Assembly (NCBI GenBank): GCA_934096585.1
Contig: CAKOMG010000008.1
Span: 34,690-98,689 of the forward strand
DNA: 64,000 nt
Direction of reading: 5' to 3'
Source of the DNA: an uncultured Bacilli bacterium
GTDB lineage: Bacteria; Bacillota_I; Bacilli_A; ML615J-28; CAG-698
A program made the translations under genes and the position numbers. Position 1 is the first letter of the stretch; every line of letters begins with the position of its first letter. Under the pieces are notes generated by a model. It did not search any database. It saw only the letters and a list, made by a program, of their open reading frames with translations, and was not told the origin of the DNA. Of the stretch, positions 56,498 to 64,000 are shown piece by piece.

Positions 56498-58906
56498 CTA
56501 TTTACCTCCTTTGGCATTTTCAATTAACTCCGATACTTGAGGTGTCTTCCCATATAAATAACCATTACCCTTCATACATACAAACTTGAAAGGTTCATAA
56601 CCAGTTACAACAGTAACTGATTTTAACATCATATTTTGAAGCATACCAACAGTATCTGTTCTCTTTGGTAAATTAAGATATGTATCAAGTAAATCAAGTT
56701 TTAATTCATTTCCTAAATTTGATTTACCATCTAAATTATTAATAGTGACAGTTGATAAATTCAATCCTCCACCATAATAAGCAATAGGAACATTGATATA
56801 TGATCCCGTTGATGCCGTATATAAACATCCAGCTTTAGCAGCATCAGTTGTTAAATACTTTTTAATTGGGAATATTTTGTCAATATTAATTATTCCTGAG
56901 TAATCAGGATCAACACTCGCCGCAAATGATGAAATATTTTCTTTAATAAGTCCCGTAATGTCAAGTTCTTCTGTCTTTTTATAGTCATAAAACTTAGTAC
57001 TACCAGTTATATCAACACTAACAGGATATGATACACCTGACAAGTTAGTAAATTTATACTCACCTAAACTTGTACCATCACTAGTTTGAAGCATTGCTAA
57101 AATCTTAGAAATAGATGAAGGAATATTAGAGTATAAGAATGGTCCATTAAACTGTGATTCAAGTGCAATACATGCAATACCACTCTTATAAAACAATGTA
57201 TCTTTAATTGTAATGCTTCCCTTAATAATATTTACATCATTTTTATCATTAAAGGCATTTTGCATTGAAAGAAGTGCTTCTTTCATTTTAGCTACATCTG
57301 TATATTCCGTCATCAAATACTTATTTAAAATATCATCGCCAACTCCTTCTTGTTTAAAGAACTCTTTAACAAGGCTAGTTGTAATATTTCCATCACTATC
57401 AATAAAATTTTTAACATCATTTTCTTTAATCTTTACATATTCATTGCTACCAACTTCAACTAAAAAGTTTCTTGAATTTGATAACATCGAGTTTTCTAAT
57501 GTAAAGTTTAAAGAAGAAAAACATCTAAGAACATTTTTGCCATTTTGAAGACGTGAATTAATAACTTTGTTATTTTTTCCATTTACTTCAACAACAGTTC
57601 CTGTATATTCAAGATTGGATACCATATTTCCAAAATCGCAGTTCTTTAAATTGATATCATTAACCGTAATATTATCGCCATCCACATATAACCCCACATT
57701 ATCTTGGCCATATGCCACAATTAAAGGCATATTATTAGGATCACCAAGAGCATAAAATGGAAGTGGGCCACGGAATAAATCCTTATCCCCAAGATATGGA
57801 ACCTTTACAATAGTTCCATCACTACTTGTAACATCCATTGTTTTTGATGGGAATGTTAAATTATGCATATTAATTGTATAACCGTTTCCATAAAAATCTT
57901 TTTGTACATGTAGTCCAACATTGATTTGGTCACTCAAATAATTAGTTCCATTTTTATCTTTAACTGTTTTGTTCCATTGATCAATATAATTTTTATTATA
58001 TGTTGTAGTAAAATGATATACTTCATTTTTAAAACTAAATTCTTTTGAATAATCATCATAATTACCAAATAAAGTAACGTTTGTGGAATCTTTTAAAGTT
58101 TCATAGTTATCTAAAGATTCAAAAGACTTTCTTAAAACCACAACTTCTCCAGTATTTGATCTATTTGTACAATTTAGTAAATCATCATATGTATAACAAT
58201 TTACCCCCTCAACAATCTTAAAGCTATAAGATATTGGTTTTGCAATCTCATCACTAACACAACCGACAGTAAATGATGCATCTCCTGTATCTTTTAAATA
58301 TACCTTTTGTTCATTAAGGTCTATTTCAAGATTTGAGGTAGTAAATTTCACTTCTACTTGACTTTTAAGTGATTCAGGAATAACTAAGACATCTAGATCT
58401 ATCTTCGCTCTAACCTTAGATTTTCCGTCCAAATCATATAACCCATAATAAATATCATCATCGATATTATTTTGGCTAGATGCAATATGTGGTTGCACAA
58501 GAATTACACTCTTATCGTATATAATTCCTGTCATTTTTTTAAACACATTTCCTTTTTGATTACTACAAGTAATCACTACTTCACCAGGAATTAAAGCTTT
58601 TAAATAAAAGCTATTATTGTTATTTATTAATTCAGCATGTACCTCTGTATCACTCTTATCTTTGTTTTCTATAGTCCACACTAAATTATTACCTTCTCCA
58701 ACAGGGCTATTTTTAGGATTAAGTCCAACAGCAGTTAAAGCATATGTATTATCTTGAACTTTAAATGCTTCAATATCTTTATAATTCCATCTAATTGCTA
58801 TTATGTCGTTTTCAACAAGGTTGAATGTGGAATTGATGGTTACAACTCCAAGTAAAGCAATAATAAAAGGAATTAAAAGTAGTATTATTAAATTCTTTTT
58901 TTTCAT
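56498..58906 (-). CDS. N-terminally anchored exoprotein with a Big_2-like domain and a right-handed beta-helix-like region (operon gene 5)
   Basis: TM/signal MKKKNLIILLLIPFIIALLGVV. Big_2-like LVWTIENKDKSDTEVHAEL..GEVVITCSN. PbH1-like NGKNNKVINSRLQNGKNVLRCFSSLNFTLENSMLSNSRNFLVEVG. Confidence 0.7.
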   Translation of the reverse strand: MKKKNLIILLLIPFIIALLGVVTINSTFNLVENDIIAIRWNYKDIEAFKVQDNTYALTAVGLNPKNSPVGEGNNLVWTIENKDKSDTEVHAELINNNNSFYLKALIPGEVVITCSNQKGNVFKKMTGIIYDKSVILVQPHIASSQNNIDDDIYYGLYDLDGKSKVRAKIDLDVLVIPESLKSQVEVKFTTSNLEIDLNEQKVYLKDTGDASFTVGCVSDEIAKPISYSFKIVEGVNCYTYDDLLNCTNRSNTGEVVVLRKSFESLDNYETLKDSTNVTLFGNYDDYSKEFSFKNEVYHFTTTYNKNYIDQWNKTVKDKNGTNYLSDQINVGLHVQKDFYGNGYTINMHNLTFPSKTMDVTSSDGTIVKVPYLGDKDLFRGPLPFYALGDPNNMPLIVAYGQDNVGLYVDGDNITVNDINLKNCDFGNMVSNLEYTGTVVEVNGKNNKVINSRLQNGKNVLRCFSSLNFTLENSMLSNSRNFLVEVGSNEYVKIKENDVKNFIDSDGNITTSLVKEFFKQEGVGDDILNKYLMTEYTDVAKMKEALLSMQNAFNDKNDVNIIKGSITIKDTLFYKSGIACIALESQFNGPFLYSNIPSSISKILAMLQTSDGTSLGEYKFTNLSGVSYPVSVDITGSTKFYDYKKTEELDITGLIKENISSFAASVDPDYSGIINIDKIFPIKKYLTTDAAKAGCLYTASTGSYINVPIAYYGGGLNLSTVTINNLDGKSNLGNELKLDLLDTYLNLPKRTDTVGMLQNMMLKSVTVVTGYEPFKFVCMKGNGYLYGKTPQVSELIENAKGGK

Positions 58907-60499
58907 CTAATTCACCACATCAAGCTCTAAAAACATATCATTAACGTTACGTTTTAGATATATAACTAGAGGAATTAAACATCCCATATATATTACAAAT
59001 ACAATTAAGTATGCAAGTAATATATGAAGATTTAAATATGAAGATAAAATCACTATAACAAACATTAGTAATGATAAAAAATATAACATAGCTGTAGATA
59101 AAAAACTAGATCTCGCTTTATGATGGCGAATTGATAGTTCTTCTATTAAAGCTATTAAATTATAAATAACTAACATTATTAAAGTAAATATACTTCCAAT
59201 TATAAATGTTTTAAAACTAATAACTCCACTTATTAGTAATACTAAGTTGGATATAACCATTGCAATTGTTGATAAAACAAGTGGTATTAATACTTTTACA
59301 ACTATTTGATGTATTGTACTAATGGGTATTGTTTTAACAATTTTAATTGTTTTAGTTTCCATTTGAATATAATTAGATGCGCCTTGTGATATGATTAAAC
59401 TAAATAGCATCATCACAAGTATTGTTAAGGCATCTAGGAATGTTGGGACCATGGATATATAATACGCAAAGACCCCACTTCTAAATATTGTTGTTAAGGC
59501 TTTAAGAACTAAATAGGCAAGTAATGGCTCAACAATTAACAAACTTGTAAATGTAGTCATATATGAAGAGTTCTTAACAAACATAATAAGTTCTTTTTTT
59601 ATTAATGCTTGGTTAACTGTTTTAACTTTGTAAGGATATGGTTTTACTTTTACATTTATTGTTAAAGATATATTTCTTACATAGTTAAATGCAAATATCG
59701 AAACACTTAAGCCAAGAATAAATATTCCACCACCAATTCCAAGATAAGGGAATAAGTAACGCATCTTCCCTTCAACAAATACTTCAGTTAAGAAGTTTAT
59801 TGGTACTTGGTATTTTTGTAAATTAATTATTTTGTTAATTGAATCTGTTGTAAATAAACTATTAATATTTCCTCCCGCAACAATCTTAATAAATAAATTT
59901 AATACTTTAGAGTATAACAATGTAACTCCAAGCATTAGGATTGTTGAGGCAATAAAACGCAATACATAGTGTTTATGCAAATATTTCTTTAGTAACCAAA
60001 ATGGATATACAAGTAAAAGGGCAACTCCACCAATAAAGAAGAATGTTATTACTGGATAAAATAATCCAAGATAATAAAACTTTATTGTTTTTGCACCAAT
60101 AATTCCATAAGACACAAAGATTGGGTATGTAAATATTAAACTCGTAAAATAGTGAGTTAAAAACATAAAGAATAATTTGGATAAAATTATATCTGTATTT
60201 CCAATCGGTCTTGTGGATAATTGTTCAATATCCTTTTCGTTAAAAAATAATTTATTGGCATTAAGTAAGTTAGAAACTATCAAAAGTAAAGAAATGATAA
60301 ACAAGAATAAACTCGTAAAAGCATTTTGTGCTTGATGAAAAGTTCCTATCTTCTTTAGTATCGTTGTAAACAAGAATACTTCTATTGCTACAAATGATCC
60401 TATAAATAATATCGATATTAATAATGATATTATTCTATTTGATAATTTCTTCTCACTATGGAATAACAACTTAAAATCTTTAACAAGTAAGGTTAACAT
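58907..60499 (-). CDS. polytopic membrane protein, putative ABC-exporter permease component (operon gene 4)
   Basis: At least 10 hydrophobic segments. It immediately follows the ABC ATPase with a GGAGG SD. No catalytic motif. Confidence 0.6.
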   Translation of the reverse strand: MLTLLVKDFKLLFHSEKKLSNRIISLLISILFIGSFVAIEVFLFTTILKKIGTFHQAQNAFTSLFLFIISLLLIVSNLLNANKLFFNEKDIEQLSTRPIGNTDIILSKLFFMFLTHYFTSLIFTYPIFVSYGIIGAKTIKFYYLGLFYPVITFFFIGGVALLLVYPFWLLKKYLHKHYVLRFIASTILMLGVTLLYSKVLNLFIKIVAGGNINSLFTTDSINKIINLQKYQVPINFLTEVFVEGKMRYLFPYLGIGGGIFILGLSVSIFAFNYVRNISLTINVKVKPYPYKVKTVNQALIKKELIMFVKNSSYMTTFTSLLIVEPLLAYLVLKALTTIFRSGVFAYYISMVPTFLDALTILVMMLFSLIISQGASNYIQMETKTIKIVKTIPISTIHQIVVKVLIPLVLSTIAMVISNLVLLISGVISFKTFIIGSIFTLIMLVIYNLIALIEELSIRHHKARSSFLSTAMLYFLSLLMFVIVILSSYLNLHILLAYLIVFVIYMGCLIPLVIYLKRNVNDMFLELDVVN

Positions 60500-60501
60500 C
60501 T

Positions 60502-61251
60502 TTAACCTCCATAGGTATCAATAAAAATTTTAGATAGTTGAAGTCTCTTATTTGGATTTTTATTTAAGTCAAATAATTCCTGTACAACGCCATCATTAAT
60601 AATAGCTACGCGGTCACAAATCTTTGATACTAGTTCAATATTATGGCTTGTTACAAATACGGTATTGCCATGATTTGCATACTCTCTCATCATTTTTTTA
60701 AGTTCTTCAACTGCCATTATATCTAATCCAACTGTTGGTTCATCTAGAATCCATATTTTTGGACTATATAATAAACTTCCAACTAAACATAATTTTTGTT
60801 TCATACCATGTGAATAATCAGATATTGGATTAGATAATTCATCTATCTTTAACATAAGTCTATTGCATAAATATTCAGTATTTTTCTTAAATTCACCTTC
60901 ACTAATTTGATAAATACTAGCAATAAATTCTAAGTATTCATATCCAGTCATTTCTTCATAACACGCTGGTTCACTAGCTACATAGCCAAATGAATATTTT
61001 GCTTCAATTGGATTTTTAGTAATATCAAAATCATTTATAAAAATATTTCCTTTATCAAATTTTTTTGATCCGATAATGCAATCAATTGTTGTTGACTTAC
61101 CAATACCATTGCGTCCAATAAAGCCAAATAATTCGCCACTATATACTTCTAAATTTAAGCCTTTTAATACTTCTTTTTTGCCATAAGACTTATATAAATT
61201 TTCTACTTTAATTGAAGGGATAATTATCTCTTCTTGAATTTTTTCTTCCAC
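60502..61251 (-). CDS. ABC transporter ATP-binding protein (operon gene 3)
   Basis: Walker A GRNGIGKST, signature-like YSHGMKQKL, Walker B ILDEPTVGLD, H-loop TSHN. GTG start 7 nt after an AAGGAGG that lies inside the upstream gene. Confidence 0.88.
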   Translation of the reverse strand: MEEKIQEEIIIPSIKVENLYKSYGKKEVLKGLNLEVYSGELFGFIGRNGIGKSTTIDCIIGSKKFDKGNIFINDFDITKNPIEAKYSFGYVASEPACYEEMTGYEYLEFIASIYQISEGEFKKNTEYLCNRLMLKIDELSNPISDYSHGMKQKLCLVGSLLYSPKIWILDEPTVGLDIMAVEELKKMMREYANHGNTVFVTSHNIELVSKICDRVAIINDGVVQELFDLNKNPNKRLQLSKIFIDTYGG

Positions 61252-61252
61252 C

Positions 61253-62488
61253 CTACAACCTCCTTATCTTTTTAAACCATATTGTATTTTTATCTTTGAA
61301 TAAGTAACTAGAATTACAAGAAGTACATATATATAAATTTTTCTTATTTTCAATTTCTTTACTTTTACATACTGGGCAGTATGTAGTATATACTTCTTTC
61401 TTTCCTGTGTAAGTTTTTATACTTTCACTTATGATATAGTCTATTAATTCTTGTTCTAATTTGGGATTATGAAATACAAGATGATTGTTATCTAGACTTT
61501 CAATATTGTATATTTTTAATAAATAATTAAAATCACCATCTAAATTTAAATCTTTTGTTTCTTCATTTAAATCAATATAAATATTAGTTATTGATTTTAT
61601 ATTTTTATATTCTACTGTATATTTAATATAATCATCTTTAATATTAATATTAATTTTAAAATCATTTGCATTAAAATATACATCACTTAAATCTTTAGTT
61701 TCTTCATCAAGAACAAATTTTCTTTCTTTAAAGTTTTGGATTATTAATACTAAATAGTATTTCTTTAAGTCATTTAATAATGCTTCATAGTCTGTATATT
61801 GTATAAACTTTTTATAGAACTTAAAGCAATAGTTATATAAACGATCTTTTGTAAGAATGTTTGTTGGGGTAATGACATGTCCCCTTAAACTTTCCTTTGA
61901 TACTTCTTTATAAAAGTATGTTCCTTTGATATAGCGAAGTCTTCTATTAAGTTTTTTCGCATATTGGATTAATTCTTCTATAGTTTTATCTTCTCTTAAT
62001 TCCTGTGTACCATCGATTGATGGAATTAATGATTCATACATATCTAAAAATGTGTTTACTTCAATATCAATTAAATCGATAAGCATACCAATAAAAATAT
62101 TTTCGTATATTTTTATATCATCTGTATATTGAAAATGATGCACATATTCAGGGACCATTTCATACTCTTTTTCTTTCCAAAGTGATGGTTCTTTATAACA
62201 CATTTGAAAGGCTTCATTAGAAATGTGCCCTGCAATATCGCTTCTTAAAATTATATCTTCTGTTTTATTTGATATATGTGGTTTTGCAATAATTGATGTT
62301 ATTGCATCAAGAACAAATGAAACATCATCGAAGAATTCATTATTCTTTTCACTATATAATTCTTGTAATGATTCAAGTTTTATTTTGTTTATGTTTTTAT
62401 AAAAAGATATAATGTTTTCTGACTTGTTTTGATATTCATTTATGATATTTGTTATATCTTTAAGTCTTCTTTCTTCGATGATTCTCAT
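61253..62488 (-). CDS. McrC-position partner protein with a C-terminal CxxC...CxxC zinc ribbon (operon gene 2)
   Basis: Starts 2 nt after the McrB-like gene. C-terminus YCPVCKSKEIENKKNLYICTSCNSSY. There is only a tentative D...ExK (KDDYIKYTVEYK), so the nuclease assignment is unproven. Confidence 0.5.
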   Translation of the reverse strand: MRIIEERRLKDITNIINEYQNKSENIISFYKNINKIKLESLQELYSEKNNEFFDDVSFVLDAITSIIAKPHISNKTEDIILRSDIAGHISNEAFQMCYKEPSLWKEKEYEMVPEYVHHFQYTDDIKIYENIFIGMLIDLIDIEVNTFLDMYESLIPSIDGTQELREDKTIEELIQYAKKLNRRLRYIKGTYFYKEVSKESLRGHVITPTNILTKDRLYNYCFKFYKKFIQYTDYEALLNDLKKYYLVLIIQNFKERKFVLDEETKDLSDVYFNANDFKININIKDDYIKYTVEYKNIKSITNIYIDLNEETKDLNLDGDFNYLLKIYNIESLDNNHLVFHNPKLEQELIDYIISESIKTYTGKKEVYTTYCPVCKSKEIENKKNLYICTSCNSSYLFKDKNTIWFKKIRRL

Positions 62489-62490
62489 AA

Positions 62491-63990
62491 TTACAACCTT
62501 CTTAAAATACTATTTATTGTTTGTTCACTACGTTTTAGAACATTAGCTCCATAAGTTTTATTAATTAATGTTAATAATTCTTTTAAAGCTACTTTTACAT
62601 AATCTTCAAATCTTCCTTCTATTTTACTAATTACTTTACGAGAAAGTAAGAAGTCTAAGGCATCTTCTTTTTTACCACCACATGATACAAATATTGGAAC
62701 TATTTCTTCTATTTGTGTTAAGATACGGTTACCAAATGTAATATCAAATTCATCTTTAATGAATGATGTAATTTTTGTAAACTTTTCAAAGTCTTTATCA
62801 GTCATCTTAAAGCTTTCATTTGCTTTAGCATTATTATATAATTCTTGTAATTTTGAATTACTTAAATTAACTGGACTAGCATCTCCTTCAACTAGGAAGG
62901 CATCATTTCTATCTTCAAAATCAATTGTTATAGCACGGTCATATACTTTATCAGTAATTGTGAATGTTGAATCGTCCTTGTTTGCTGTACCAACAAAATA
63001 AGAATTGTTAGGGATTTGAATTAATCCGTTATCTAATTTTGCGGGTGGGATGAATCCGTATGGAAGTTGCATAACTCTAATCTTCCATTCATCTTCTGGA
63101 TATTCAAGAACAGATAAGAAATCCGCAAAGTAATATTCAACACGTGAAATGTTCATTTCATCTAATACGAAGATATGAATCATATCAGGATTATAGTTTG
63201 CATGATATAATGTTGTTAAGAAATCTGTTTCCGAATAACTTTTTGAGAAGTCACTAAAGTATCCAATTAGATTTGTTTTGTCTCTCCATGTTGCTTGAAC
63301 TGGAATGAATAAACAATTAGCTTTAATGAATTTTGCAAAGTATCTTGGTAAACTTGATTTACCTGTACCTGACAAACCTTCAAGAATTGTGAAGTGACTT
63401 GTTCCAAATCCACTTATAAAGAATCTGATGGTATCAATATCAAAGTATAATTTTTCTGTTTGTGCTAGATAATTTCTAAATCTTTCACATAATTCATTTA
63501 GTGTTATGTTGTCTGTTTCGACCTTTTCAATTACATATCCACTATATTCTTCATCCATTGTTGATAAAGCAGGGAATACTTTTGATCTGTCATCAAGTGT
63601 TTCCGCTTGACGAGTGATTGATTGTGCTTCTCCGCCTCCACTAACAACTCCAGTTCCTATACCACTAGCATTAACTGACATATTATCTGGTGTATCAAAG
63701 TTAGCAGTTACATCTGTATTATCTTCTTCATCATCAAATTCAGGTAACTCTTTTTGATCAACTGATTTAAATGGTTTGTCAACTAATATAAAGTTAACAA
63801 CGAACATTAGTACTCCACCAATTAATGCAAATAAGAATACGTAAATGCATGTTGCAAGTAAGATACTTTGCCAAACAAATAATAATACATTTCCTAAGTT
63901 TTCTTTTGTCATTGGACTTTGGATTAATAATCCAACACCTAGTGATAATACTAAACAAGTAAGTAGTGATAATACATATGTTATTATCAT
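62491..63990 (-). CDS. membrane-anchored McrB-like (AAA_5) NTPase (operon gene 1)
   Basis: 2-3 N-terminal TM helices and an acidic/G-rich linker. Walker A LEGLSGTGKSS, Walker B/McrB-type VLDEMNISRVEYYFADFLSVLE (compare DEINRAN..FGE...LLE), and FVGTANKDDSTFTITDKVYDRAITIDF (compare GTMNTADRS..D.AL.RRF). The reading frame stays open upstream to the window edge, so the true start may lie beyond 64000. Confidence 0.7.
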   Translation of the reverse strand: MIITYVLSLLTCLVLSLGVGLLIQSPMTKENLGNVLLFVWQSILLATCIYVFLFALIGGVLMFVVNFILVDKPFKSVDQKELPEFDDEEDNTDVTANFDTPDNMSVNASGIGTGVVSGGGEAQSITRQAETLDDRSKVFPALSTMDEEYSGYVIEKVETDNITLNELCERFRNYLAQTEKLYFDIDTIRFFISGFGTSHFTILEGLSGTGKSSLPRYFAKFIKANCLFIPVQATWRDKTNLIGYFSDFSKSYSETDFLTTLYHANYNPDMIHIFVLDEMNISRVEYYFADFLSVLEYPEDEWKIRVMQLPYGFIPPAKLDNGLIQIPNNSYFVGTANKDDSTFTITDKVYDRAITIDFEDRNDAFLVEGDASPVNLSNSKLQELYNNAKANESFKMTDKDFEKFTKITSFIKDEFDITFGNRILTQIEEIVPIFVSCGGKKEDALDFLLSRKVISKIEGRFEDYVKVALKELLTLINKTYGANVLKRSEQTINSILRRL

Positions 63991-64000
63991 TTTTAAGCTA

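Overview
This is a very AT-rich bacterial chromosomal segment, roughly 25-30 % G+C by eye. The standard genetic code applies: long ORFs stay intact with TGA as a stop. The gene content looks like a low-GC Bacillota or Mycoplasmatota-type organism, but the taxon cannot be assigned from the sequence alone. I support about 55 protein genes and one tRNA-Arg(TCT). I found no rRNA, no CRISPR array and no transposase.

Ordinary genes: cysK and cysE (divergent), a Cof-type HAD phosphatase, rsmD, a heterodimeric ABC exporter pair, DedA, a GNAT acetyltransferase, efp, and an Ldh_2 dehydrogenase / malic enzyme / LarA-like racemase operon.

Most of the window is accessory.
1) At 35.6-50.6 kb there are three paralogous two-gene cassettes. 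Each has a ~200-aa exported protein translationally coupled to a 930-1567-aa adhesin-like giant anchored at its N-terminus. Two of the cassettes are bracketed by a 159-bp inverted repeat that is identical by manual comparison. One giant ends in a Hint (intein-like) domain.
2) At 55.4-64.0 kb there is a tightly coupled six-gene operon. It joins a membrane-anchored McrB-like AAA+ protein and a Zn-ribbon partner to an ABC ATPase, a permease, a beta-helix exoprotein and a repeat lipoprotein.
3) Two DUF3990/DUF3791-type gene pairs flank the adhesin locus.
4) A dGTPase-like HD protein sits between a HigA-like HTH gene and an ImmA/IrrE peptidase gene, surrounded by gene remnants.
5) A BspA-LRR/cysteine-peptidase surface protein is embedded in a mosaic family of three lipoprotein genes.
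6) Smaller items are a frameshifted Fic gene, a HepT remnant, a small serine recombinase with adjacent repeats, and an ECF sigma/anti-sigma module.

All product calls come from motifs read in the supplied translations. No database search was possible.
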